From Litorivivens sp. (GTDB lineage: Bacteria; Pseudomonadota; Gammaproteobacteria; Pseudomonadales; Spongiibacteraceae), in contig NZ_JBFJTH010000001.1 of NCBI RefSeq assembly GCF_041625495.1, positions 12,933 to 76,932 on the forward strand: a stretch of DNA of 64,000 nucleotides. The letters are read 5' to 3'. The translations under genes were made by a program, and so were the position numbers. The first letter of the stretch is position 1, and the number at the start of each line of letters is the position of its first letter. The notes beneath the pieces were generated by a model. The model searched no databases, was not told where the DNA came from, and saw only the letters and a program-made list of their open reading frames with translations. Positions 11,222 to 21,397 of this stretch are shown one piece after another.

Positions 11222-13654
11222 ATGGGTGATTCCAACGAGATTATGGATTTTCCGCTACTGCCGTTGAGGGACGTGGTTGTCTACCCTCACATGGTCATTC
11301 CCTTGTTCGTTGGTCGCGACAAATCGATTCGCGCCCTTGAAACGGCAATGTCGGCCAACAAGGAAATCATGTTGGTAGCTCAGCGTGACCCGAATGTCGA
11401 CGAGCCGGGCACTGAGGATCTCTACGATATTGGCACCGTGTCCAACATTCTTCAGCTGCTGCGCCTGCCTGATGGTACGGTAAAAGTTTTGGTTGAAGGG
11501 GCCTATCGCGCTCAGGTTCACCAGATCGAAGACAACGGCGAGTTTTTCCAATCTGAGATTTCTCCGCTTGCCGACGAAGAAGTGCCGGCAGCAGAAGTTG
11601 AGTCTCTGGTGCGCAGTGCCATCGGCCAATTTGAAAAATATGTAAATGTCAGTAAGAAGATACCTGCTGAAGTGTTGACTTCTTTGTCCGGTATCGATGA
11701 AGTTGGTCGTCTGGCAGACAGTGTTGCCGCCCACATGAGTATGGATCTGGAGCAGAAACAGTCCATTCTTGAAATGCTGTCCGAGCGTGAGCGTCTCGAG
11801 CATTTAATGGCGGTTATGGAATCCGAGATTGACTTGTTCGCGGTAGAAAAGCGTATTCGCGGCCGAGTTAAAAAGCAGATGGAGCGCAGTCAGCGCGAGT
11901 ATTATTTAAACGAGCAGATGAAAGCCATCCAGCGCGAGCTGGGGGATATGGATGAAGGTGGCAACGAGCTGGAGGCCCTTGAAGCAAAGATCAAGGAAAC
12001 CGGCATGAGCGCCGAGGCCGAAGAAAAGGCCATGTCCGAAATGGCGAAGCTCAAAATGATGTCGCCCATGTCGGCTGAAGCTTCTGTCGTGCGTGGCTAT
12101 ATCGACTGGTTGATATCCATTCCCTGGCAAAAGCGCTCGCGTGTTAAGCACAATCTCGACAAAGCCGAAGATGTATTAAATGAAGATCACTATGGTCTCG
12201 ATGAGGTTAAGGATCGGATTGTTGAATACCTGGCGGTACAAAAGCGGGTTAAGAAAGTAAAGGGGCCGGTATTGTGTCTAGTTGGCCCGCCCGGTGTGGG
12301 TAAGACGTCCCTTGGCGAATCCATTGCCCGCTCAACCAATCGCAAGTTTGTCCGTATGGCACTAGGCGGGGTACGCGACGAAGCGGAAATACGTGGTCAT
12401 CGTCGTACCTACATTGGTTCAATGCCGGGCAAGATTATTCAGAAGCTGTCTAAAGTTGGCGTGCGCAACCCTTTGTTTCTGCTCGACGAAATAGACAAGA
12501 TGGGTATGGATCACCGAGGAGATCCGGCGTCAGCGCTGTTGGAAGTTCTCGACCCGGAGCAAAACAACAGCTTCAGCGATCACTATCTTGAGGTGGATTA
12601 CGACCTGTCAGATGTAATGTTTGTCTGCACGTCGAATTCGCTCAATATTCCGCCAGCATTGCTGGACCGAATGGAAGTTATCCGTATTCCTGGCTACACC
12701 GAAGCGGAAAAGACAAATATTGCGCGCCGTTACCTGATTCCCAAGCAGATGAAAAACAATGGCTTGAGGGAACAGGAGTTGAGTATCGAAGAAGATGCGA
12801 TACGTGACGTTATTCGCTATTACACCCGCGAAGCCGGGGTTCGGGGGCTGGAGCGCGAACTGGCGAAAGTCTGTCGCAAGGTGGTTAAAAACCTCGCTCG
12901 CGAAAAACGTAAAGGTGAATCGACCCAGCTTAACGTGACAGGCGAGAATCTCGGTGAATATTTGGGCGTGCCAAAGTACACATTTGGTAAGGCCGAAGAA
13001 GAGAATCGCATTGGTCAAGTAACTGGCTTGGCGTGGACTCAGGTGGGCGGCGAATTGTTGACCATCGAAGCTGTGTCAGTAGTCGGTAAAGGTCGGCACG
13101 TGAAGACCGGATCGCTTGGCGATGTGATGCAAGAATCAATACAGGCCGCGGTAACCGTTGTGAAGAGTCGTTCGCAAGCGCTTGGAATTCCTGCAAACTA
13201 TCACGATACACACGATATACATATTCACGTGCCGGAAGGCGCAACACCGAAGGACGGTCCTTCGGCTGGTGTTGGTATGTGTACCGCGCTGGTATCCGTG
13301 ATCACCGGAATTCCTGTAAAATCAGCGGTTGCTATGACTGGCGAGATAACCTTGCGTGGTCAGGTATTGAAAATCGGCGGTTTGAAGGAAAAACTGCTGG
13401 CTGCTCACCGTGGTGGGATAACCACAATCATCATACCCGCCGAAAACGAGCCTGACTTGAAAGAGATTCCGGACGATATAAAAGCGGACTTGATGATAAA
13501 GCCGGTGAAGTGGATAGACGAAGTGCTGGAAATCGCACTGGAGCATTTACCTAAACCAATTTCGGACGAGGAGTACCTTGCGGGACTCGGTAAGCCGAAT
13601 TTGGATGCAGATGTGGCGGAAGGGCAGGGTAGCAGCCGTTTTAGTGCTCATTAG
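11222..13654 (+). CDS. lon: Lon protease (endopeptidase La)
   Basis: [29 protein letters not shown] (Ser), GGLKEK (Lys). Confidence 0.98.
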   Translation: MGDSNEIMDFPLLPLRDVVVYPHMVIPLFVGRDKSIRALETAMSANKEIMLVAQRDPNVDEPGTEDLYDIGTVSNILQLLRLPDGTVKVLVEGAYRAQVHQIEDNGEFFQSEISPLADEEVPAAEVESLVRSAIGQFEKYVNVSKKIPAEVLTSLSGIDEVGRLADSVAAHMSMDLEQKQSILEMLSERERLEHLMAVMESEIDLFAVEKRIRGRVKKQMERSQREYYLNEQMKAIQRELGDMDEGGNELEALEAKIKETGMSAEAEEKAMSEMAKLKMMSPMSAEASVVRGYIDWLISIPWQKRSRVKHNLDKAEDVLNEDHYGLDEVKDRIVEYLAVQKRVKKVKGPVLCLVGPPGVGKTSLGESIARSTNRKFVRMALGGVRDEAEIRGHRRTYIGSMPGKIIQKLSKVGVRNPLFLLDEIDKMGMDHRGDPASALLEVLDPEQNNSFSDHYLEVDYDLSDVMFVCTSNSLNIPPALLDRMEVIRIPGYTEAEKTNIARRYLIPKQMKNNGLREQELSIEEDAIRDVIRYYTREAGVRGLERELAKVCRKVVKNLAREKRKGESTQLNVTGENLGEYLGVPKYTFGKAEEENRIGQVTGLAWTQVGGELLTIEAVSVVGKGRHVKTGSLGDVMQESIQAAVTVVKSRSQALGIPANYHDTHDIHIHVPEGATPKDGPSAGVGMCTALVSVITGIPVKSAVAMTGEITLRGQVLKIGGLKEKLLAAHRGGITTIIIPAENEPDLKEIPDDIKADLMIKPVKWIDEVLEIALEHLPKPISDEEYLAGLGKPNLDADVAEGQGSSRFSAH

Positions 13655-13666
13655 CGCTGAGGTTCC

Positions 13667-13695
13667 TTGACCGTCATAAATGCAGTTGGTATAAA
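13667..13695 (+). promoter_or_regulatory. Sigma70 promoter of hupB
   Basis: TTGACC-N17-TATAAA with TG extended -10. Confidence 0.7.
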
Positions 13696-13793
13696 TCCCA
13701 CTCGATTCAGTTGATGAACCTGTTGTCACTGATTTCAGGGAGTGGTTTGTTAATTACTTTCTCATGTATTGCCTATAATGAAGGGGATAATAA

Positions 13794-14066
13794 GTGAATA
13801 AATCTGAGCTTATTGACGCAATCGCTGCTTCGGCAGATTTACCGAAAGCAGCAGCGGGTCGCGCTCTTGATGCGGTGGTTGATTCAATCACCGACGCATT
13901 GAAAAAAGATGATTCGGTTTCATTGGTCGGTTTTGGTACTTTCAGTGTAAAAGAGCGCGCAGCTCGCACTGGCCGCAACCCTCAGACCGGTGCACCGATT
14001 GACATTGCGGCAGCAAAAATCCCGAGCTTCAAAGCGGGTAAAGCGCTCAAGGACGCCGTAAACTAA
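13794..14066 (+). CDS. hupB: DNA-binding protein HU-beta
   Basis: [11 protein letters not shown]...GFGTF...GRNPQTG; 90 aa; canonical position after lon. Confidence 0.97.
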   Translation: MNKSELIDAIAASADLPKAAAGRALDAVVDSITDALKKDDSVSLVGFGTFSVKERAARTGRNPQTGAPIDIAAAKIPSFKAGKALKDAVN

Positions 14067-14116
14067 TTACTGAACGATTTTATCTTCAGTCTTCGGAGTG
14101 GAATTTACTCCAGTAT

Positions 14117-14146
14117 AAAGGCGCATCGAGAGGTGCGCTTTTTTTG
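14117..14146 (+). terminator. Intrinsic terminator after hupB
   Basis: AAAGGCGCATC-GAGA-GGTGCGCTTT followed by a T run. Confidence 0.85.
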
Positions 14147-14162
14147 TAACTAGTGGACAAGC

Positions 14163-16043
14163 ATGCTTCAGAATATTCGCGATAACATCCAGGGTGTTGC
14201 TGCCAAGATAATCATTGGTTTGATGATTGTACCGTTTGCTCTCTATGGCATCGATTTCCTGTTTAGTGGCAGCTCTGACGCTCCGGTTGCTGTAGTCAAC
14301 GGAGAGAAGGTCAGTGAAGCAGAACTCAATCAGGCCTTAGCGCTACAGAAGCGACAATTGCTGTCGATGATGGGTGACAATATTGATCCAGGGCTTCTTG
14401 ACGACGCGGTACTGCGTAAACCTGCGCTCGATTCACTGGTGCGTCAGAAGGTAATGCTGCAGGCGGCCGATGACGCCGGCGTGGCTGTTCCGGATGCTGT
14501 GCTAAATGCCAATATTGTTCAAATGACCCAGTTTCACGAAAACGGACGTTTTTCTCAGGAACGTTTTCGTCAGGTGCTTGCCGCTCAGGGCTTTACTCCC
14601 TCTCTATTTCGCCAGCTGATGCGCTCGGACCTGCTGATTGAACATCTTAATCGTGGCGTTGTAGGCTCTGCGTTTTTAACCGATTTTCAACGCGAGCAGG
14701 CTATTCGCTTGGGTGATCAGAAACGCAGTTTCCATTATTTGACGCTGGATTCGTCGGGATTTGCAGAACAGGCTGAAGTATCCGACGCTGATATTGAAGC
14801 CTACTATCAAAACAACGCCGCGCGCTTTAAGACAACAGAGTCTGTGCGGGTGGCTTATCTGGAATTAACGATCGCTGATTTCTTCAAGCCCGTTGCCGAC
14901 GAAGATCTCAGAGCAGCCTATGCGGCTGAAGTGCAGGCTGCAAAAGCGCGTACTGAGCGGCACGCGGCCCATATTTTGGTGGAGCTGGGCGGTGATCGCG
15001 ATCGCGAAGAAGCGCGTTCGCGCATCGAAGAGGCGAAAGCTAAGATTGAACAGGGTGCCGATTTCGCCGAGCTCGCCAAAGTGTATTCCGATGACTTTGG
15101 TAGTGCGGAGCAAGGTGGTGATCTTGGTTACAGCGCGGGGAATACGTTCCCGGAGGCGTTCGAAAATGCGCTTGCGTCACTTGAGGTGGGCGAAACCTCG
15201 GATGTAGTGGAAACCGATGCGGGCTTCCATCTGGTTAAGTTGCTGGATCTTCGAGCTCCGGATGTCGCCTCGTTTGAAGATCGGCGCGAAGCTATCGAGC
15301 GTGAGCTTCAGGAGCGAGCAGCTAAGCCCCGGCTAATCGCCGAGGTCGAAGCACTGCGTGACCTGGTGTTTAATTCGGATGGGCTTAAGGGGCCGGCTGA
15401 AACACTCGGTCTCGAGCTTAAGCAAAGCGACTGGCTGCGACCCAATGAAGGGAGCGGGGTGCTGGCCAACCCCAAAGTGCGCGCAGCAGCGTTTAATGCC
15501 GAATTACGCGAGCAGGGTTATAACTCCGAGGTGATTGAAGTCAGCCCAACGCAATTTGTGGTAGTGAACCCCATAGAGTACAAAGCGCCGGAGCTGAAGC
15601 CACTGGCGACGGTGCGTGACCATATCGTCAAGCAGCTTAAGATTGAAAAAGGGCGTGCTATAGCGAAGTCTGCCGCTGAAGAAATCGCTGAGGCGCTTAA
15701 AGCAGGCGAATCAGCTGAGGATATCGCTAAGGCGCGTGAGGGTGTAGAGTGGCAAGTTGCTGTTCGTGCCTGGCGGCAGGATCCAGCCGTCGCTGAACCT
15801 ATCCGCAGTGCGGCTTTTAGTCTGCAGCGGCCTGAGGAAGGTGCTTCACGTATTACGACGACAAGCCATGCCGGCAATACAGTCGTCATCCAATTAACCA
15901 ATGTCTATGATGGTGACAAATCACTTATAGGCGACAAGCGGCGTAAAGAACTGTTGGCGAGTGCTGAGCGAATTCAGGCCTCCCAGGGTTTTAACGCCTA
16001 TTTTGGTGAGCTGATGCAGTCTGCCAAAATCAAATACAATTGA
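14163..16043 (+). CDS. ppiD: Periplasmic chaperone/peptidyl-prolyl isomerase D
   Basis: MLQNIRD start with TM anchor, SurA-N domain, parvulin motifs AHILV and FAELAK.YS.D.GSA..GGDLG; position after hupB. Confidence 0.92.
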   Translation: MLQNIRDNIQGVAAKIIIGLMIVPFALYGIDFLFSGSSDAPVAVVNGEKVSEAELNQALALQKRQLLSMMGDNIDPGLLDDAVLRKPALDSLVRQKVMLQAADDAGVAVPDAVLNANIVQMTQFHENGRFSQERFRQVLAAQGFTPSLFRQLMRSDLLIEHLNRGVVGSAFLTDFQREQAIRLGDQKRSFHYLTLDSSGFAEQAEVSDADIEAYYQNNAARFKTTESVRVAYLELTIADFFKPVADEDLRAAYAAEVQAAKARTERHAAHILVELGGDRDREEARSRIEEAKAKIEQGADFAELAKVYSDDFGSAEQGGDLGYSAGNTFPEAFENALASLEVGETSDVVETDAGFHLVKLLDLRAPDVASFEDRREAIERELQERAAKPRLIAEVEALRDLVFNSDGLKGPAETLGLELKQSDWLRPNEGSGVLANPKVRAAAFNAELREQGYNSEVIEVSPTQFVVVNPIEYKAPELKPLATVRDHIVKQLKIEKGRAIAKSAAEEIAEALKAGESAEDIAKAREGVEWQVAVRAWRQDPAVAEPIRSAAFSLQRPEEGASRITTTSHAGNTVVIQLTNVYDGDKSLIGDKRRKELLASAERIQASQGFNAYFGELMQSAKIKYN

Positions 16044-16085
16044 TGTAAAACTGTCGGGCGGGATGCTCGGCACAGGTTAATAATA

Positions 16086-16913
16086 ATGATAATTCAAGAT
16101 GCCAGAGTCGAGTTGCCTACTGGGCAACTCGATATCTGGGTGGCCGTAGCTGCACACGTGTCACCCTACCAGCAGGAGCAGGCCTACCAGGACTTGCTTA
16201 GCGTCCAGGAAAACGAGATGTTCAAGGCGCTGCGCTATCCCGAGCACCGTTTTGATTACCTGATGGGGCGAGCCCTGCTTCGCTCCGTGTTGGGGTCGTA
16301 TACGGGTCGAAAACCGGCAGATCTCCAGTTTGAGCGCAATGATTTTGGTAAGCCGGAGCTGTCAAACGTGGATGACGCTCCTCGCTTTAACCTGTCACTA
16401 ACCGATGGCGTCGCGATACTTGCAGTGCACGCTGATGCGGACATAGGGGCGGATATTGAGTATCACGGTCATGGGCGTTCCATGCTTGAAGTGGCCGATC
16501 AGTATTTTTCTGCGCTGGAAATTGCCGATCTGAAAACCTTGCCGTCAACCGATCAAAAGCGAGGATTTTTTCGCTATTGGACCTTGAAGGAATCGTTGGT
16601 CAAGGCCAAGGGGGAGGGTATGTCGGTACCCTTGGATAGCTTTTCTTTTCGCGCAACGAAAGAAGCTGGTGCTTCCGTGCACAAGGCAAAGCTGGTTAAT
16701 GCTCCGGCGCATTTTATCGACGATGCGTCGCAGTGGGATTTCCGCTTTTTTGAGTTGGGCCTGGACTACACAGCTGCGGTGAGTGTTTCGAGGCCGCTGC
16801 ACAGGATTTGCGTTCGCGAGTCCATACCGCTGGTGGGCGCGATGGAAGTCGACTCAACCGAGGCGCTTTTTTCGAACCACCATCAAGACGCACTTTCGGC
16901 GGCTTTCTGTTAG
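16086..16913 (+). CDS. Sfp-type 4'-phosphopantetheinyl transferase
   Basis: GKP, FNLS, IGADIE and WTLKESLVKA.G.G motifs. Confidence 0.88.
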   Translation: MIIQDARVELPTGQLDIWVAVAAHVSPYQQEQAYQDLLSVQENEMFKALRYPEHRFDYLMGRALLRSVLGSYTGRKPADLQFERNDFGKPELSNVDDAPRFNLSLTDGVAILAVHADADIGADIEYHGHGRSMLEVADQYFSALEIADLKTLPSTDQKRGFFRYWTLKESLVKAKGEGMSVPLDSFSFRATKEAGASVHKAKLVNAPAHFIDDASQWDFRFFELGLDYTAAVSVSRPLHRICVRESIPLVGAMEVDSTEALFSNHHQDALSAAFC

Positions 16914-16955
16914 AATCCTCCAACTTTTTAGTAGGTTAATCGTTGGGGGAAGACA

Positions 16956-18128
16956 GTGTATAAGATACTGACGCGCAATCAGATATCCGTCAAAGGTCTC
17001 GAGCGCCTGCCGCGCGAAAAATACGAAATTGCCAGTGAATTTACCGCTCCTGACGCGGTGTTGCTGCGCAGCCACAAACTCACCACCGATGAAATCTCCG
17101 ACTCTGTAATGGCCATCGCCCGCGCTGGCGCCGGGGTAAACAATATCCCGATTGCCGATTGCACGCGTCGGGGTATTCCAGTATTCAATACGCCCGGCGC
17201 CAACGCTAATGCGGTAAAAGAGCTGGTCATTGCCGGAATGGCTCTGGGCTCGCGCGGAATTCTTCCGGGCATCGATTTCGTCTCCACACTCGGTGAGATG
17301 ACCGACGGGGCGGAAATGAGCAAGCTCCTTGAAAAAGAGAAGAAGCGCTTCAAAGGTCAGGAACTTTACGGCAAGACGCTCGGTGTTGTAGGGCTGGGGG
17401 CCATCGGCTCGCTGGTCGCGCGCGCTGGCCTCGATCTGGGGATGGAAGTGATCGGCTATGATCCGGCATTGTCAGTTGACGCGGCCTGGCGTCTGCCCAG
17501 CTCCGTCAAGCGCATGGAAAATATCGGCAGCCTGTTTGCTCGCGCTGACTATATCAGCTTGCACCTGCCCGTGTTGGACGCGACACGCGGACTCGTTAAT
17601 GGCGAGCTGCTGAACAACTGTAAACCAACCACCCGCCTGCTGAACTTTGCCCGTGAGGAGATTGTCGACAACGCCGCGATTGTCAACGCGCTGGAGGCTG
17701 GAACCCTTAATCGCTATATTACTGATTTTCCAGCACCTGAGTTAATCGGTCGAGACGATGTGATACTGATGCCCCATATCGGCGCCAGCACCGATGAGGC
17801 AGAAGAAAACTGTGCGGTTATGGCCGCTGACCAACTGCGGGACTTTCTCGAGAACGGCAATATCAAAAACTCGGTGAATTTTCCGGCGCTGGCCCTTGAA
17901 CGCACCGGGGGTACCCGTATTGCCATTAGTAACAGCAACGTACCAAAAATTCTGGGGCACGTACTGTCAGCACTTGCAGATGCCGATCTAAATGTCATTG
18001 ATATGTTGAACAAGAGCCGCGATGATGTGGCCTATAATCTGATTGACGTTGCAGCGGCACCTGCAGCGGCCGTGATTGACCGTATTCGCGGAATTGAAGG
18101 CGTTATCAATGTTCGAGTGATTGACTGA
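16956..18128 (+). CDS. serA: D-3-phosphoglycerate dehydrogenase with C-terminal ACT domain
   Basis: RAGAGVNNI, NTPGANANAV, GLGAIG, NFAR, PHIGAST. Confidence 0.88.
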   Translation: MYKILTRNQISVKGLERLPREKYEIASEFTAPDAVLLRSHKLTTDEISDSVMAIARAGAGVNNIPIADCTRRGIPVFNTPGANANAVKELVIAGMALGSRGILPGIDFVSTLGEMTDGAEMSKLLEKEKKRFKGQELYGKTLGVVGLGAIGSLVARAGLDLGMEVIGYDPALSVDAAWRLPSSVKRMENIGSLFARADYISLHLPVLDATRGLVNGELLNNCKPTTRLLNFAREEIVDNAAIVNALEAGTLNRYITDFPAPELIGRDDVILMPHIGASTDEAEENCAVMAADQLRDFLENGNIKNSVNFPALALERTGGTRIAISNSNVPKILGHVLSALADADLNVIDMLNKSRDDVAYNLIDVAAAPAAAVIDRIRGIEGVINVRVID

Positions 18129-18146
18129 TCCTGTCCGGGAGGGCCT

Positions 18147-18677
18147 GTGAAAAGTCTGGATGACATAGCGGAGCTTCTTAAGGGTCAACCCGGCAAGCCG
18201 CCTGTGGAAAAGTGGCATCCGCCGCTCAGTGGTGATATCGATATCACGATCAAAAGCGACGGGCGCTGGTTTCACGAAGGTGGTGAAATCAAGCGCCACC
18301 CACTGGTCAAGCTGTTTGCGTCTATCCTCAGGCGCGAAGATGATGGTGAGTATTACCTAGTGACGCCTGTAGAAAAATGGCGGATCTCGGTGGCAGAGTA
18401 CCCCCTTCAGATTGTTGATTCAGAAGTAGCGCCAGATCGCATTGCAATGAAAACCAATGTCGATGAGTGGTTGGTGCTTGATGACAGTCACCCGCTCACA
18501 GTTACCACAAATATCAACACAGGCGAGCCGGTTCCGCGTGTTGCAGTAGACCGCGGTTTGTCTGCCAAGGTCAGTCGCTCTGTATTCTATCGTTTGGTCG
18601 AGCATGCCATCGAAGATGATGGCCAGTTGTGGCTAATGTCTTCAGGCCAGAGATATTGTCTTGGTGCGACGGAGTAA
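18147..18677 (+). CDS. DUF1285 family protein
   Basis: PPVEKWHP..GDIDI.I..DG.W.HEG..I.R..LVKLFASILRRE...YYLVTPVEK. Confidence 0.85.
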   Translation: MKSLDDIAELLKGQPGKPPVEKWHPPLSGDIDITIKSDGRWFHEGGEIKRHPLVKLFASILRREDDGEYYLVTPVEKWRISVAEYPLQIVDSEVAPDRIAMKTNVDEWLVLDDSHPLTVTTNINTGEPVPRVAVDRGLSAKVSRSVFYRLVEHAIEDDGQLWLMSSGQRYCLGATE

Positions 18678-18681
18678 GATT

Positions 18682-18960
18682 GTGGCAAAAATTTCTCTTC
18701 GAAAAAAACACACAAAGCCTGAAAGCGAAGTCAAAACGATGGTGGAAGAGCTTGCCCGTTCGCTCGCTCAACGCTATGACGCTAAAACGCGCTGGGATGG
18801 CGATAATGCCGTGACAATTTCCCATCCCAGACTCAATGGGCGCTTACAGATACACCGTGACGAAGTCACGATCGACGTCAAACTCGGTATGTTGGCCGGT
18901 GCTTTCAAGGGCAAAATTGAATCGGAATTGCGCAAGGCGCTCGATGAGAAATTGTCCTGA
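18682..18960 (+). CDS. Polyhydroxyalkanoic acid system (PHA granule region) family protein
   Basis: About 92 aa, I...K.H....EV...VE.LA..L..RY..., KLGML.GAFKGKIE.E; GTG start after GGAG. Confidence 0.75.
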   Translation: MAKISLRKKHTKPESEVKTMVEELARSLAQRYDAKTRWDGDNAVTISHPRLNGRLQIHRDEVTIDVKLGMLAGAFKGKIESELRKALDEKLS

Positions 18961-19042
18961 CCTTAGAAAAAATTGTAATGTCCGGGATAATTCACCGAAA
19001 TTGCTGCTCTAACCAGCATCTGATTTGTAAGGAGAAGGTTTA

Positions 19043-20419
19043 GTGAGCCAAGCACGTAGTCAATTCAATCATTGGGCAATGCTCTGGCTGGTGGCGCTGT
19101 TTTTTCAGGCTCCCGCCTATGCGACCTGGCCGTTGCAAGACGGTAATGGCGAGCCTCTGCCAAGCCTGGCGCCGATGCTGGAGAAGGTCAATCCAGCTGT
19201 AGTGAATATCTCTACCTATACCACGCGCACCGTGCAGCAGAACCCATTGTTGCGCGATCCGTTTTTTCGTCGGTTCTTCAATATGCCGGAGCAGCAAATG
19301 CCGGAGCAGAAACGGCGAACTCAGAGCGCTGGATCAGGCGTTATTATTGACGCTAAAAATGGCACCGTTGTCACCAATCATCACGTTATCGATGGGGCTG
19401 ACGAAATTACTGTGGCGCTAGAGGATGGTCGCAGCTATACCGCCACCTTGGTGGGCTCTGACCCTGACGTCGATGTCGCCGTACTGAAAATCGACGGCAA
19501 GGATCTGGTTGATATTCCGGTGGCCGACTCCGATCCGGTTCGAGTGGGTGACTTTGTAGTGGCTATCGGAAATCCGTTTGGTCTCGGACAAACTGTGACC
19601 ACCGGTATTGTGAGCGCATTGGGGCGAACTGGGCTGGGGATTGAAGGCTACGAAAACTTTATCCAAACCGACGCGTCGATAAACCCGGGCAACTCTGGGG
19701 GGGCACTGGTCAACCTGAAGGGTGAGTTGGTGGGGATCAATACCGCCATTATCGCGCCCGCCGGCGGTAACGTCGGGATAGGGTTCGCCATTCCGACCAA
19801 CATGGCGCAAGCGAGCATTACGCAGATTCTCGAGCACGGTGAAGTCAAGCGTGGCCAGCTTGGCGTCATTATTCAGGATCTCACTCCCGAGTTAGCAGAG
19901 GCTTTTGGTATTGAAAATGGACAGCGCGGCGCGTTGATCGCCGAGGTTCAGGAAAACAGTGCTGCGGACAAGGCCGGCCTGAAATCCGGTGATGTCGTGG
20001 TTGCGGTAGATGGCAAGGATATTCTGAGTTCTGCCCAACTGCGCAACGCCGTCGGTGTCAGGAAGATTGGTGAGACTCTAAAGCTCACCATCGTACGCGA
20101 CGGTAAGACCAAGGTTATAAAATCCAAAATCGGCGAGCCGTCTACGCTGGTGGCAGGCAAGGATGAAGCTGTTCATAAGTTCCTGGAAGGTGCCTCGCTG
20201 AAGGAGGCCGACGATGCCGATGGTGTTCTGGTGTCAGAAATCGCCCAGGGCACGCCAGCGGCACGCTCCGGCCTACGTCCGGGAGATGTCATCCTGTCAG
20301 CAAACAAGACGCGGGTTAAATCGATTGCCGAGCTGCGCAAGGCGGTGAGTAAGACCGATGACCGGCTGCTTCTGCAGGTCAAACGGGGTCGTGCTGCGCT
20401 CTATATCATCCTGAAATAG
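19043..20419 (+). CDS. degQ: DegQ/DegP (HtrA) periplasmic serine endoprotease
   Basis: Signal peptide, PSLAPML, TNHHV, D.A.L, GNSGG, two PDZ domains. Confidence 0.9.
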   Translation: MSQARSQFNHWAMLWLVALFFQAPAYATWPLQDGNGEPLPSLAPMLEKVNPAVVNISTYTTRTVQQNPLLRDPFFRRFFNMPEQQMPEQKRRTQSAGSGVIIDAKNGTVVTNHHVIDGADEITVALEDGRSYTATLVGSDPDVDVAVLKIDGKDLVDIPVADSDPVRVGDFVVAIGNPFGLGQTVTTGIVSALGRTGLGIEGYENFIQTDASINPGNSGGALVNLKGELVGINTAIIAPAGGNVGIGFAIPTNMAQASITQILEHGEVKRGQLGVIIQDLTPELAEAFGIENGQRGALIAEVQENSAADKAGLKSGDVVVAVDGKDILSSAQLRNAVGVRKIGETLKLTIVRDGKTKVIKSKIGEPSTLVAGKDEAVHKFLEGASLKEADDADGVLVSEIAQGTPAARSGLRPGDVILSANKTRVKSIAELRKAVSKTDDRLLLQVKRGRAALYIILK

Positions 20420-20427
20420 GCCGCAGC

Positions 20428-20476
20428 GGGCTGAACTGTGTAATGGGCAATATGTCGCCATTGCGGTTCAGCCCGG
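20428..20476. terminator. Long hairpin after degQ
   Basis: GGGCTGAACTG...CGGTTCAGCCC inverted repeat; no clear U tail. Confidence 0.45.
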
Positions 20477-20529
20477 GTTCATAAGATTGCGCTACCATAG
20501 CGACAATTCTCAACTGAAAAGTGGTGTAT

Positions 20530-21111
20530 ATGCGCGGCTTCTTGATCATAGTGATGTCGTCGTTGCTGCTGGCGTGCACCGGCAGCCCGGTGGTAACAGA
20601 TTACGATCCGGGCTATGCCTTTGAGCGGGTCAAAACCTACGCCTGGTTGGAGAGCGGGGTTGCAGAAGAACCCCGAGGGAAAGGGCGCAATGATCTAATG
20701 CGTGACCGATTGCACAATGCTATTGAAGACCAAATGCGTGCTCGCGGCCTGCGCAAAGTAGAAACTGCAGCGCAGGCGGATATCCTGCTCACGTTTCATA
20801 TGGGTATAGAGAAAAAGGTCGAGGTATACGATTTCCACGATCATTTTGGCTACTACCCCTGTTTTCAGAAGCGTTGTTCCGGATATGCCTACTATCCGCA
20901 CGGTATTCACCATGATCGCTGGGAAACTGAATATCAGGAAGGGCGCCTAGTCATTGACATGGTCACCCCGAATTCGAAGAAGCTGGTGTGGCGAGGGGTG
21001 TCTGAACGTCGTATTCCCTGGCTTGAAACCCCGGAAGAGCGCCGACTTTTTATTGTCGACGTTGTCGGTTCTGTGTTGCAGCACTACCCGCCGGGTCATA
21101 AGTCGCATTAA
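20530..21111 (+). CDS. DUF4136 family lipoprotein
   Basis: Lipobox LLAC, DYDP...F...KTYAW, EG.LVIDM......LVWRG, YPP. Confidence 0.85.
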   Translation: MRGFLIIVMSSLLLACTGSPVVTDYDPGYAFERVKTYAWLESGVAEEPRGKGRNDLMRDRLHNAIEDQMRARGLRKVETAAQADILLTFHMGIEKKVEVYDFHDHFGYYPCFQKRCSGYAYYPHGIHHDRWETEYQEGRLVIDMVTPNSKKLVWRGVSERRIPWLETPEERRLFIVDVVGSVLQHYPPGHKSH

Positions 21112-21114
21112 CGG

Positions 21115-21150
21115 TTGAAACTCGCTTAGAGATAACAGACAATGTCGCGC
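21115..21150 (+). promoter_or_regulatory. Sigma70 promoter with GC-rich discriminator for the SRP RNA
   Basis: TTGAAA-N17-GACAAT-GTCGCGC. Confidence 0.6.
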
Positions 21151-21193
21151 CGCGGCACAGGGGGATTTTGATCTTCGTGATGTCGAGCTTTAT

Positions 21194-21304
<111 letters not shown>

Positions 21305-21397
21305 CCCTCAATTGTCTCCCCCCATGCCTATGCAAGTTCAAGTCGACGCCGTGCTGGTGTATCCTAGAGCGCTTGTTTTAGTGTCTACAGGAAAGTC

